From Syntrophales bacterium (GTDB taxonomy: Bacteria > Desulfobacterota > Syntrophia > Syntrophales > UBA2210), in the NCBI GenBank assembly GCA_963666365.2, contig CAXXNF010000002.1, positions 1,440,001 to 1,504,000 on the forward strand: DNA of 64,000 bases. The letters are read 5' to 3'. The notes beneath the pieces are model-generated. The model was not told where the DNA came from. It did not search any database and saw only the letters and a list, made by a program, of their open reading frames with translations. This document shows, one piece after another, positions 8,977 through 19,032 of the stretch. The position numbers and the translations under genes were made by a program. How positions within the stretch are numbered: position 1 is the first letter of the stretch; every line of letters starts with the position of its first letter.

Positions 8977-10257
8977 TCAGACGCCGTCATCGGGTTCTTC
9001 TTTATCGAAAAGTTCCGGGTACAGCACCTTGCAGCAGTCCGGACAGAGGCTGTGGCTGAAATCTGCTTCCGAATGATCGCGCACATAGGCCTCAATTTGA
9101 TGCCAATAGCCGCTGTCATCCCGAATTTTTTTGCAGTGTGCGCAAATAGGAATCAATCCGCTGAGGGTTTTTACCTGTGTCAATGCATTCTGAAGATCCA
9201 CGACCAGAGCTTCTCGCTGTTCCTCCAGTTGTTTTTTGACAGTGACATCGCGGATGATGATAAGCGTTCCTGCTTCCTGTTCCCGCGCATCCATCAATCC
9301 GATGCTGCGCACATCGAGATATTGAACGGCATCCCCTCTCTCGAGCTTTTCCTGCCGCTCCTTTTCACCGTCACCGTCGTCACGTACGAGCATTTCCACC
9401 CACTGAGGGAATAGGGCGTCAAGATGCCGCCCTATCGGGGAGGATCTCTCCATTCGCATCAGTTTCAGGGCAGCGGGATTGACGTCCACGATGCATCCGG
9501 CGTCGTCCAGCACCAGCACACCGTCGTTCATTCGTTCGACAAGCATATCTCTTGCAACCGGCACCACCTGCAACAGGAGATACCGGTACAGCGCCCAGAT
9601 TATCAGGATACCCGTCACAGTAAAGATCAGTGGAGAAAGATCCAGGTTGGGAAAGGGCGACAGGTCTGTGAGATAGAGCAGATTGCCTACAAGAGGGGGC
9701 GCCATAGCGAAGACAACGATAAATGCCTGGCGGCGATAGAGTTTCCCCCTGAGCCGGAACATACGCAACAACAGCGCGGCCATAAGGACATACGCGCCAT
9801 AAATGTACACGATATGCACCCAGTACCAGATCCCTTTTTCCAGGGCCAAAACCGTTATCCCGCCACTCCTGTCCAGAGAAATTGCCCGGTAAAAAAGCCC
9901 ATGCGTTTCCGTCGTCCAGTTCAAGAGAAGGGTAATCAGAGGAATAATTAAGAGAACAACAATCATACGCCTCGTCAGCACGGCGGTATGACCGGCATAC
10001 TGCAAGGCGAAGCAGATGCCCCAAAACGGCAGGAAGGCAATGCCCAGGTATTCAAACCTCAACCAGAAGCGCATGGTCCCCAGCTCGGTTCCCGCCAGTT
10101 CCATGGCATAGCCGAATGACCATATGGCCAGGGACAACATGAACAGTGAAAAGGACTTCGCGCCTGCAGATCTGCGTCGCTGCCACACGTACCATGCGGC
10201 CACCGCGGAAATGAGCGCGGAGGTCAGTGCCATTATTATGTATACCGTTTGCTGCAC
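8977..10257 (-). CDS. HisKA_7TM-type membrane sensor + PAS + C-terminal Cys/His domain, no kinase domain
   Basis: Seven hydrophobic segments, VERMNDGVLVLDDAGCIVDVNPAA PAS, then LIPICAHCKKIRDDSGYW...FSHSLCPDC. ORF track start 10284; GTG 10257 likelier. Confidence 0.85.
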   Translation of the reverse strand: MQQTVYIIMALTSALISAVAAWYVWQRRRSAGAKSFSLFMLSLAIWSFGYAMELAGTELGTMRFWLRFEYLGIAFLPFWGICFALQYAGHTAVLTRRMIVVLLIIPLITLLLNWTTETHGLFYRAISLDRSGGITVLALEKGIWYWVHIVYIYGAYVLMAALLLRMFRLRGKLYRRQAFIVVFAMAPPLVGNLLYLTDLSPFPNLDLSPLIFTVTGILIIWALYRYLLLQVVPVARDMLVERMNDGVLVLDDAGCIVDVNPAALKLMRMERSSPIGRHLDALFPQWVEMLVRDDGDGEKERQEKLERGDAVQYLDVRSIGLMDAREQEAGTLIIIRDVTVKKQLEEQREALVVDLQNALTQVKTLSGLIPICAHCKKIRDDSGYWHQIEAYVRDHSEADFSHSLCPDCCKVLYPELFDKEEPDDGV

Positions 10258-10280
10258 CGATTTGCCTCTTTTCTTCTCCT

Positions 10281-11621
10281 TCAACCGCGCATGCGCGCCA
10301 CCACTATTTCAATCCTCTCGGAATGCAGCGCCCGATCAAGCAGGCGCCTCACCTCGGCGGCATTACGGGGGTCTTCAATCCTGCTGACAAAAGCACCCCA
10401 GCCGGACAGCACCTGTTCGAATATTCCCTCCGGAATCGGCTGACCTCCCGTCGCCATGGCGCACCCGTTTTCCACCACCAGCACCTTTAAAGGAACCCGC
10501 CGCGCCATGGCCTCGATCAGGCCCATATGGCCCGCAGCGAGAAAGGCGTAATCGCCCGTGACGGCCCAGGGTCGATCAATTCCCCCGAGATGCGCGCCGA
10601 TCGCCATGGGAAGGCTCCCCCCGTAATAGCTGCAGGCATCGACGCAGGCATAGGGAGCAAAGGCGAAGAGGCTGGAAAGTCCCGTGTCGCCGCAGACGAA
10701 GGGAATCTGCGGGCGCAGTTCCTGAAAGACATCGAAGAGCGGAACATACTGGGCAGCCGCCGACCGCCATGCGGGGGGCAGCCCCTCAGGAATGGGCGGC
10801 ATGACGGGTTTTGGGACATTTCGCCAGTCGCCTCGGGCACGCCGTGTTTCATACACCTTTTGCTGATACACGGCAAGCGGAGGGCAGAGGACATGACGCA
10901 TGGGATCCCGTTTGTAGTGAGCCCTAGGAGGCGCAAGGGGCCGTCGCATACAGACGGTATGCTTCGACATCAGTCTCGAATCAAGCAACAGGGCCACCGG
11001 GGTCCTGAGTTCCTCCGACCACAAAAAACTTTCGATGAGGGCTTGGTAAACAGTGCCGATTTCCGCTCTTTTAAAGGGAATGCCCGTCCCTTTCAGAAAC
11101 ATGCCGAGATCGAACACACTGTCGGAGTGGGCGCCCAGGGGATCATCTATCACCACGGCAACGAAACCGGCCGTCGTGCCGAGCGTCAGAGAATCGATCA
11201 CGCTGTTTGCCGCCTTTGCAAAGCCGTGGGATTTGATTATCGTCGCTGCACGCGTTCCCGCCAATGCGGCGCCGCAGGCCATGGTATAGGCCAGCTCCTC
11301 ATTGAACGCATAGGGAGGATTTTTTCCGGTGAGCCGGTGACAGGCATCGAAAAGTGCGGCAACTCCCGTGGCGGGAACGCTGGTTACTGTCCTTGCCCCG
11401 GCATCCTGAAGCCCCCAGGCGACGGCCTCGACAATGTCCACAGTCCGTACACCATCCCCTGCCTGTGTAAGCCCCGGGAATGCCTGCGGCAGGAAAAGAC
11501 CGGCAACGGCAAGACCGCTTACCTTGAGAAAGGTGCGGCGGGATTTGTCAAAATAGGTCAGTTCCGCCTCCGCCATGTAGTGTCTGTCATCGTCGCACCG
11601 ACTGTTCTCCATTGTGATCAC
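10281..11621 (-). CDS. Thiamine-diphosphate enzyme (IorA-like) with twin-arginine signal peptide
   Basis: SRRTFLK + hydrophobic stretch; FNEELA; ThDP motif GDYAFLAAG...VVENG; start codon uncertain. Confidence 0.75.
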   Translation of the reverse strand: MITMENSRCDDDRHYMAEAELTYFDKSRRTFLKVSGLAVAGLFLPQAFPGLTQAGDGVRTVDIVEAVAWGLQDAGARTVTSVPATGVAALFDACHRLTGKNPPYAFNEELAYTMACGAALAGTRAATIIKSHGFAKAANSVIDSLTLGTTAGFVAVVIDDPLGAHSDSVFDLGMFLKGTGIPFKRAEIGTVYQALIESFLWSEELRTPVALLLDSRLMSKHTVCMRRPLAPPRAHYKRDPMRHVLCPPLAVYQQKVYETRRARGDWRNVPKPVMPPIPEGLPPAWRSAAAQYVPLFDVFQELRPQIPFVCGDTGLSSLFAFAPYACVDACSYYGGSLPMAIGAHLGGIDRPWAVTGDYAFLAAGHMGLIEAMARRVPLKVLVVENGCAMATGGQPIPEGIFEQVLSGWGAFVSRIEDPRNAAEVRRLLDRALHSERIEIVVARMRG

Positions 11622-11824
11622 ACATCCTTTTTAAACCTACGGTGAGTTGCTTTCCATTATACTGCCGACCTGCCGGCATAATGGCTGCTTTTTACGAATC
11701 ATCATACATTCATTGCTTGCATAGCGCAGCAATTATTGATAAAAACGCAAAGTTTTTTTCGAATGCATACACCTATCAGTCAGCTATTACAATAGAACAA
11801 TAAAAAAATAGGAGAAGGAAAATT

Positions 11825-13006
11825 ATGAGAGATGTAGTTATTGTCAGTGGCGCCAGAACGGCAATCGGTGATTTTCAGGGATCGCTTTCCGGTCTCAATG
11901 CCGTGCAGTTGGGCATTATTGCGCTGAGCGGTGCGATCGATAAAGCAGGTATCGACAAAAACCTTATTCAGGAAGTGATCTGCGGCCATGTCAACCAGGC
12001 CGGCGCTCCCGGAAACACCGCCCGTCACATTGCCATGGGAGCGGAACTTCCCATCGAATCTTTTGCCTTTACGGTACACCAGCAGTGCGCCTCATCGATG
12101 CGCGCCGCCGAAGTGCTCTCCCAGGAAATCATGCTGGGCAAAGTCGACATCGGCGCCGTGGTCGGCGTGGAAAGCATGAGCAACGCTCCCTATCTGCTTT
12201 TCGGCGCCCGCAAGGGATATCGTCTCAACGACAGCGAGCAGATTCAGGACAGCCTGATGATCGGCGGCCTGGTGGACGTACTTCTGGGCTATCACATGGG
12301 AATCACGGCGGACAACATTGCCGATCACTATGGCATTTCCCGCAAGGAACAGGATGAGTGGGCGCTCATGAGTCATCAGCGCGCCTGTGCCGCGATTGAA
12401 AAGGGATTGTTCAACGATGAAATCATTCCCGTCGAGATCAAGGTCAGAAAGGGGACGGCCATTTTTGACAGGGATGAACATCCCCGACCCGACACCAGTC
12501 TGGAAGTGTTGAGCAAGCTCAGACCGGCCTTCAAAAAGGACGGCACGGTCACGGCGGGCAATGCGTCGGGTCTCAACGACGCCGGTTCCAGCCTGATTTT
12601 GATGGCCGCCGACAAGGCAAAAGAACTGGGCATCACCCCCATCGCCCGAGTGGTCGCGTCGGCGCCCGGTTCGGTCGAACCCCGCATTATGGGCATGGGT
12701 GTCGTTCCGGCAACGAAAAATGCCTTGAAATTCGCCAATATGAAGCTGGAAGACATCGATTACTTCGAGTTCAATGAAGCCTTTGCCGCGCAGGTGATCG
12801 GCTGCAACCGCGAGTTCAACATCGATGTGGAGAAAATCAACGCCGTCGGTTCCGGCATCAGCATGGGACACCCCGTCGGAGCGACCGGCGCCCGTCTGAT
12901 CGTCACCATGATGAACGAACTGAAACGCCAGGGGAAGAAATTCGGATGCGCCTCCCTCTGTGCAAGCGGTGGACCGGCCCACGCGTTTATCATTGAGATG
13001 CTGTAA
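11825..13006 (+). CDS. Thiolase (acetyl-CoA acyltransferase)
   Basis: QQCASS, NEAFA, GHPVGATG, LCASGG motifs. Confidence 0.97.
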   Translation: MRDVVIVSGARTAIGDFQGSLSGLNAVQLGIIALSGAIDKAGIDKNLIQEVICGHVNQAGAPGNTARHIAMGAELPIESFAFTVHQQCASSMRAAEVLSQEIMLGKVDIGAVVGVESMSNAPYLLFGARKGYRLNDSEQIQDSLMIGGLVDVLLGYHMGITADNIADHYGISRKEQDEWALMSHQRACAAIEKGLFNDEIIPVEIKVRKGTAIFDRDEHPRPDTSLEVLSKLRPAFKKDGTVTAGNASGLNDAGSSLILMAADKAKELGITPIARVVASAPGSVEPRIMGMGVVPATKNALKFANMKLEDIDYFEFNEAFAAQVIGCNREFNIDVEKINAVGSGISMGHPVGATGARLIVTMMNELKRQGKKFGCASLCASGGPAHAFIIEML

Positions 13007-13008
13007 TG

Positions 13009-13989
13009 TTACAACAGATCCGTGGCGGCATCGTCCTGCTCTGACATTTCAATCACCTTCCGGTAGGGCTTGCGGTTGACCCTCAATTGAAAAATATCCG
13101 GACGGGCGTAATGTCCTGCGATATCAAAGGCCGATTTCGCCGCCAGGATCTGTTCCGTGGAACCTTCGGCCATGAGAATTGTTTCCCCCTCGGCGGGACC
13201 GGCGATTACTTCGCCTCGTGGATCGATGATGTAACTGTCCCCCCGATAGCGGGCAGCCAGTTCCTTGTAGTCGTCAGGCACGGCATCGGGCGAATTCAAG
13301 CCGCCCACCAGGATAACATAGGCCGCCGCCTGCGAGGCAAAGGCGCGTGAAAGCAGGAGCTGGCGGGCCCACATGGGATTGGGGGGTGCCGGCGCCTTCG
13401 GCTCGGCGCCCGGCCAGGCCGCCACATGCACCTGTGTCCCCTGGGACATGAGGACATATCCGGGCAGCACCATATTGTGCTCCCAGCAGTTCAGACCGCT
13501 GATTCTTCCATAGGGCCGAGGGTATACCGTGAGGCCCGTTGCGTCACCCTCGCCCCAGATTGTCCGTTCCCGGTGTGTCGGCTTCAGTTTGCGGTGCCTG
13601 CCCAGAATCGTTCCATCACGACTTATGAACAGGAGCGTGCAGTAGACCGTACCCTGAGAATGTGCGTCGCGCTCCACCATGCCGATCACCACATCGATAC
13701 CTGCACGTTTCGCTGCACTGCATAATCGATCAGTGGTAGGACTCGGTATTTCCGCCGAATTCGTCAGGTAATCCGCTGCGGCTCTCCACTGCAATCGGTG
13801 ATCCTTACCTGATCCCCACACAAAAAAAGGATAGCCCGGAAGCCATGTTTCACCGAAAGCGGCGATGGTTGCCCCTTTCGTTCCCGCCTCCTCAATAAGA
13901 CTGCAGGCCTTCTCGGTGGAAGCCTCCAGATCGAAAAAAACCGGCGCCGCCTGGATTGCCGCCAGTCTGAACGTGTGATATCTACCCAT
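13009..13989 (-). CDS. Nitrilase (carbon-nitrogen hydrolase)
   Basis: E-K-C triad: FGETWLPGYP, HRKLKPT, NCWEH; GHYARPDIF. Confidence 0.95.
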   Translation of the reverse strand: MGRYHTFRLAAIQAAPVFFDLEASTEKACSLIEEAGTKGATIAAFGETWLPGYPFFVWGSGKDHRLQWRAAADYLTNSAEIPSPTTDRLCSAAKRAGIDVVIGMVERDAHSQGTVYCTLLFISRDGTILGRHRKLKPTHRERTIWGEGDATGLTVYPRPYGRISGLNCWEHNMVLPGYVLMSQGTQVHVAAWPGAEPKAPAPPNPMWARQLLLSRAFASQAAAYVILVGGLNSPDAVPDDYKELAARYRGDSYIIDPRGEVIAGPAEGETILMAEGSTEQILAAKSAFDIAGHYARPDIFQLRVNRKPYRKVIEMSEQDDAATDLL

Positions 13990-14056
13990 GGCAGTCTCCT
14001 CGTAAAAAATCTATTTTCGCCGTATAATTGACAGCCCGTCCCTCTCTCCGCACCCT

Positions 14057-14818
14057 TCAGCGGACGGCAACGCCTCTGCCGCGCAGATAGTCCTTCAATT
14101 CGCTGATCCCGATGATCCCGAAATGGAACACCGACGCGGCCAGCAGAATCGATGCACCCGCTTCCACCGCTGCATAAAAGTGCTCCAGTTTCCCCGCGCC
14201 GCCGGAGGCCACCACTTCGGCCGACACCGCTTCTTTAATCGCCTTGATTACCGGCAGGTCATAGCCGGTCTGCACACCGTCGCCCGCTTTGCTGGTCGGA
14301 AGAATCACCGGAACCCCGTATCCGTCGACGCGCTTTGCCCATTCGATCGCATCTGCACCGGTAGCTGTTCGCCCCCCGTCAATATATACTTCATAGCCTG
14401 AAGGCAGAGAAACATTGCGATCTACGTCGATGGCCACCGTCACCTTCTCGGCGCCCAGCTCCTTGACCATTTCTTTGATCATTTCCGGGTTTCGAAAGGC
14501 GGCGCTGCTGATCGAGACCTTGTGGGCGCCCGCGCTCAGCACCCGTTCGGCAGATTTCACATCGGAGATGCCGCCCCCGACGGTAAAGGGCACCGTCGTG
14601 ACCCGGGCGACACGGGCCACGACGTCTATCATGGTGGCCCTTCCTTCCACCGTGGCGGTAATGTCCAGAAGCGCCAGCTCGTCCGCGCCGGCGTCGCAGT
14701 AAGCGCGCGCGCATGCAACCGGATCACCGGCGTCTTTAATATCCACGAAATGAACTCCCTTGACAACGCGTCCGTTCTGCATATCCAGGCACGGCATAAT
14801 TTTAACTTCCTGACCCAT
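14057..14818 (-). CDS. hisF: Imidazole glycerol phosphate synthase cyclase subunit
   Basis: IMPCLD...GRVVKGV, GADELALLDITA, PFTVGGGI, ASGGAG, LAASVFH. Confidence 0.9.
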   Translation of the reverse strand: MGQEVKIMPCLDMQNGRVVKGVHFVDIKDAGDPVACARAYCDAGADELALLDITATVEGRATMIDVVARVARVTTVPFTVGGGISDVKSAERVLSAGAHKVSISSAAFRNPEMIKEMVKELGAEKVTVAIDVDRNVSLPSGYEVYIDGGRTATGADAIEWAKRVDGYGVPVILPTSKAGDGVQTGYDLPVIKAIKEAVSAEVVASGGAGKLEHFYAAVEAGASILLAASVFHFGIIGISELKDYLRGRGVAVR

Positions 14819-14821
14819 TCT

Positions 14822-15481
14822 TTACCTCCCTTTACAAAGTTTTTTTAAGACGTTTAGTATATATGCAGCTCCTACCGGCTGATTGTGACCTGACAGGATA
14901 AGGCGGGGCTTCAGGTCCAGATACGATTCCAATACACGCTTATACCGTAGCGGATCCGATTCAAGATCGGGCAGTATCTGATCATCATTATCACCGATGT
15001 TATCCCCCACAATAAGCATATTTTCATTTTCCACGAATATGCTTATACCATCTTCGGAATGACCTTCCGCATGAAATATGAAAATACCGTCCTCGGGAAA
15101 TATCAATTTCGAATCGATAAGCACGTTTGGCACTCTCTTCTTCACAGTTCCCCGCCGACATTCCCGATTCTCTTTCAGCATACCATCCCATTGTTGCGAA
15201 ATTTTCTCAATTATTCGTAAATGTGCCACAATGTCTGAACCAGGAAAGGACCCATTGCCCCAGATATGATCCCAGTGATAATGAGTGTTTATAACAATCG
15301 ACGGTTTTGTATCATCAATGTGCCTCATTATTGCCTCGGCGGACTCGGATCCAAATCCGGTATCGACAATGTAATTTCTCTTACGCGCACGCACCACGAA
15401 AGAATTTGTGGGACAATTCTCAATCACATATTGCCTGACCTGCGTAATACTTTTTGAGATATGATCAACGTGATATTCCAT
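14822..15481 (-). CDS. MBL-fold metallo-hydrolase
   Basis: NTHYHWDHIWGN, GHSED, VGD, SGH. Confidence 0.9.
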   Translation of the reverse strand: MEYHVDHISKSITQVRQYVIENCPTNSFVVRARKRNYIVDTGFGSESAEAIMRHIDDTKPSIVINTHYHWDHIWGNGSFPGSDIVAHLRIIEKISQQWDGMLKENRECRRGTVKKRVPNVLIDSKLIFPEDGIFIFHAEGHSEDGISIFVENENMLIVGDNIGDNDDQILPDLESDPLRYKRVLESYLDLKPRLILSGHNQPVGAAYILNVLKKLCKGR

Positions 15482-15516
15482 TAGTCCAAACTGCCATTTC
15501 TTTGATTACCTGTCTG

Positions 15517-16524
15517 CTACTGAGTATAACCCACAGTCAGATGGTAGTTCATGCGATCGTACACGAAAATGATCCGGTTGTTAAGCTCCAGGGTCGTGTA
15601 AATCTGTATAGGTGATCCGAGAATACGTCGTTTCATGGCCTGGGTCCAGATCGATTTCCGGCTGAGGGCCATGGCGTTGAGGATGCAGGGCAGGGGCGCC
15701 TCGAGGTTGCGAAACCGCTTCCCCGCATCAAGAAAATAGAGGTAATCGAAATCGCCCCCCTTCCCTCTCAGCAGGTTCTGCACCTCTCCTAGGGCCCTGT
15801 CGTGCACATCCGACATAAGGTTCAGGTGTGACAGGATATCCGGCACGATTTCCCTCACGTCCTCCATCCAGTGGCGCGAGATCTCATCCCGCTGCCGCTC
15901 GATGACCCGTGCCATCACATTGGAAAGAAATAATTTTTCTTCCTGCGGCGTCACCTCGGGCAGCTCATTCTCTTCCATGCCTGAAAAGAGCCGGCGATAG
16001 GAATCGGCGATGGCCCAGGCATCGCGATACAGGGCCAGATACCGTTCAACGGCCTTCGTATTGGATTCCCAGGCCAGCGGTGGAAGATCGTGAATGGGCA
16101 CAAACCGGGCTTCGACGGCGTCGTCCCCCGGCGCCACTTTCCCGCCTGTGCGTTTCACCTCATAGGTAATGATGGCCATACTGCCGTAAACATCATTTTC
16201 CACGGTATCGACATCGATAAGCCTGATGATCTCACCCTGCAGGCCCGCTTCCTCGCGAAGCTCCCGGAGTGCGGCATCCTGCACGTGCTCACCCGATTCG
16301 GCAAATCCGATGGGAAGGCACCACATGCCTCGGTAGGGATCGTTTCCCCTCTTTACAAGGAGAAGTTCCCGTTTGTGGTTGACGACAATGGCGCTTACGG
16401 CAGGCAGAGGATTTTCATAAAACACGGTGTCACAATGCACGCAATACTCTCTTGTTTTCCCCTCCATATGCCGTGGCGCGAGAATACCTCCGCAGTGCGC
16501 ACAGAACCGTCGCTTTTTTTTCAC
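15517..16524 (-). CDS. NUDIX hydrolase with N-terminal Zn ribbon and C-terminal helical domain
   Basis: FCAHCG...CVHC, Nudix box GFAESGEHVQDAALRELREEAGL, about 160-aa helical extension. Confidence 0.85.
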   Translation of the reverse strand: MKKKRRFCAHCGGILAPRHMEGKTREYCVHCDTVFYENPLPAVSAIVVNHKRELLLVKRGNDPYRGMWCLPIGFAESGEHVQDAALRELREEAGLQGEIIRLIDVDTVENDVYGSMAIITYEVKRTGGKVAPGDDAVEARFVPIHDLPPLAWESNTKAVERYLALYRDAWAIADSYRRLFSGMEENELPEVTPQEEKLFLSNVMARVIERQRDEISRHWMEDVREIVPDILSHLNLMSDVHDRALGEVQNLLRGKGGDFDYLYFLDAGKRFRNLEAPLPCILNAMALSRKSIWTQAMKRRILGSPIQIYTTLELNNRIIFVYDRMNYHLTVGYTQ

Positions 16525-16536
16525 GAATCACCTCTT

Positions 16537-17397
16537 TCACGGGTGCGGGTCATAACATCGAAACACACAATCATCCTTGGTAATCACTACGGCGCCCCCG
16601 GTACGGGCACGCTCGCGGACAGTGTGGTAAAACACCGACAGCACCTCTTCGCTTTTTCTCTGATCGGCTTCAAAAAGTTCCTTGAAAAGCAGGGTGCGCT
16701 TTTTCGAAAGATAGTCGATGCAATCCTCTATGTGTTCATGGGGAAAGGCAAGATCGTTTTCAAAGATGATCTTCTCTATCCCGCCGAAGTAGGGTCTCAA
16801 CTGCGCCTCCCCGTTCTCCAGGGAAAAGACCCGCAGAAGCCGGCCGATGGCAAGTTCTTTCGGGGCTTCCAGGCCCGAGGCCCTCATGGATTCTGAAATC
16901 AGCGCGGTCACTTCCTGAAGCGACGCCTCCGCATGGGTGATAGTGATAAACACGCCTCCGGGTCTGAGAATGCGTGCGATATGATCGATCAGATGGGGAA
17001 AAAAATAAAGTGAATAGCTGGCCGCTACCAGATCGAAGCGCTCCGGGGCCATCTCCCTGATGCAATCGGCGCTGCCGGCAAGAAATTCTCCCCTGTATCC
17101 CATCGACCGCACGACGGCAAGAAAGAGACGGCTGTTGGCCTTGTCGATTACGTCAACCCCGGTAATGGAGGCCTGTGCCTTCAGGCGACCGGCGAGTTTT
17201 TCCGTAAAAAAACCATAGGCACAGCCGAGATCCAGCACCGAATCCACTTCAGAGAGGTTCAGACCGTTAAGCGCGGTTTCACGAATGTCCTCCTGATTGA
17301 CCGAATACTGGAAAATCAGCTGCCGTGTTTTGATATGCTCCTGAACCGACTCGTAGGTCTTTTTAATATCGCTAAGGGAAAAGAATTTCTCGTTCAT
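16537..17397 (-). CDS. Class I SAM-dependent methyltransferase
   Basis: VLDLGCAYG, RILRPGGVF. Confidence 0.9.
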   Translation of the reverse strand: MNEKFFSLSDIKKTYESVQEHIKTRQLIFQYSVNQEDIRETALNGLNLSEVDSVLDLGCAYGFFTEKLAGRLKAQASITGVDVIDKANSRLFLAVVRSMGYRGEFLAGSADCIREMAPERFDLVAASYSLYFFPHLIDHIARILRPGGVFITITHAEASLQEVTALISESMRASGLEAPKELAIGRLLRVFSLENGEAQLRPYFGGIEKIIFENDLAFPHEHIEDCIDYLSKKRTLLFKELFEADQRKSEEVLSVFYHTVRERARTGGAVVITKDDCVFRCYDPHP

Positions 17398-17486
17398 GAC
17401 CCCGCGCTCCCTTCTTTACAGAAAAGGCGATCTCATCGGCTTCTCAACGTCCCCTGCCCCATGACGGACGGCAACGGGTCTTCACT

Positions 17487-18797
17487 CTACCTGACCGTGC
17501 GCGAAAGATACTGCGCCTCTTTCTTGCCGGTCCGCTCATCGACAAAGCGCAGCATCACCCCTCCGGCAATAAAGAGGATGGCGATGGAGGTGATGCTTAT
17601 GCGCGACGCGAAGATGCTCGAATATCCCATGGAGCGTACCACCAGCGCGGTGATGCCGAGAAACACCGGTCCTATGACAACGGAAAACTTGCCGATGAGA
17701 TTATAAAACCCGAAAAACTCGGCCGACTTTTCAACGGGAATGATCCGTGCGAAATAGGACCGGCTCAGGGCCTGAATGCCTCCCTGAACCATACCGATGA
17801 CTACCGCCAGGATGTAAAATTCGTTTTTATGCGTCATGAAGGCGGCATAGATCGTGACGGCGATATAGACAGCAATGGCAATGTAAATGGCGCGCTTTGT
17901 ACCTATTTTCCCCCCCAGATAGCCGAAGGCGACGGCCGAAGGAAACCCGACGAACTGGGTAATGAGAAGCGCCAGAATGAGGTCGTTGGTTTCGAACCCG
18001 ATGGACATGCCGTAATCGAGGGCCATTCTGATGATCGTATCGACACCGTCGATATAGAGCCAGTAGGCGATGAGAAAAAGGAAGATCATTCTCAGATGGC
18101 GGATCTCCCGGAACGTGTGCCCAAGCTGCCGCAGCCCTGCCGAAACTGCATCGAAGGCACCTGTCCTCTCCTTGGCCCCCGGTTCCTTGACAAAGAGAAA
18201 GACCGGGATGGAAAAGATCGCCCACCAGCACGCCACGGAAAGAAAGGCAAAGCGCACGGCCGCCCCGGCATCGGCAAAGCCGAAAGTGGCCGGCTTCAGC
18301 GTCATCCACACATTGAACGCGAAGAGTATGCCACCTCCCAGATACCCCAGTGAGAAGCCCAGGGCCGACACAAAATCCATGCGCCTTTCCGAGGACACCG
18401 CCGTAATCAGTGAATCGTAAAAGATATTGCCGCCGGAAAATCCCACCGTCGCCAGCACATAGACGGCGATGGCCATGCCCCAGTTCCCCCTTGTCACCAT
18501 ATACAGCGATGCCGTCATCACCACCCCGATGAAGGCGAAGAACATCAGGAATTTTTTCTTCGCTCCTCCCCGATCGGCAATGGCGCCCAGGATCGGCGCC
18601 GACAGTGCGACGACCATGCCGGCGATCGAATTCGCCATGCCCAGTTTTGCCGTACTCACGACGGTATCGGTGCCGGCGCTCCAGAATTTTTTAAAGAAAA
18701 TCGGGAAAAAGGCAGCCATAACCGTGGTGGCAAAGGCCGAGTTGGCCCAATCGTACATTGCCCATCCGAAGACGGCTTTTCGTGTATCGCGCTGCAT
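17487..18797 (-). CDS. MFS transporter, UMF1/ATG22 family
   Basis: WAMYDWANSAF, 12 TM segments, QGGIQALSRS, EFFGFY. Confidence 0.92.
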   Translation of the reverse strand: MQRDTRKAVFGWAMYDWANSAFATTVMAAFFPIFFKKFWSAGTDTVVSTAKLGMANSIAGMVVALSAPILGAIADRGGAKKKFLMFFAFIGVVMTASLYMVTRGNWGMAIAVYVLATVGFSGGNIFYDSLITAVSSERRMDFVSALGFSLGYLGGGILFAFNVWMTLKPATFGFADAGAAVRFAFLSVACWWAIFSIPVFLFVKEPGAKERTGAFDAVSAGLRQLGHTFREIRHLRMIFLFLIAYWLYIDGVDTIIRMALDYGMSIGFETNDLILALLITQFVGFPSAVAFGYLGGKIGTKRAIYIAIAVYIAVTIYAAFMTHKNEFYILAVVIGMVQGGIQALSRSYFARIIPVEKSAEFFGFYNLIGKFSVVIGPVFLGITALVVRSMGYSSIFASRISITSIAILFIAGGVMLRFVDERTGKKEAQYLSRTVR

Positions 18798-18870
18798 ACG
18801 TAGTTGTCGTTCTCCTTTACAGCGATTTCAGAAACAGATACTCCCCCCTGATGTGCCCCTGTCGCGTCCC

Positions 18871-18968
18871 TTACAGAATCACACAGCACCACCAATTTCG
18901 TCTTACCGGCGAATGCCGGCATCCAGTTTTTCACACACGTTCCGGATTCCGGGTCAAGCCCGGAATGA
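18871..18968. repeat. Palindromic GTCAT...ATCCAG/CTGGATTCC...GGAATGA repeat element, copy 1
   Basis: GTCTTACCGGCGAATGCCGGCATCCAG ... CCGGATTCCGGGTCAAGCCCGGAATGA; shares a TTACAGAA..ACCA.CAATTT leader with 36107-36219. Confidence 0.7.
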
Positions 18969-19032
18969 AAGAGAAGGAATTATGCAAGGTCTCCTGTCAT
19001 ACCGACGGCAGGCTCGTATCAAAAAAACACGC

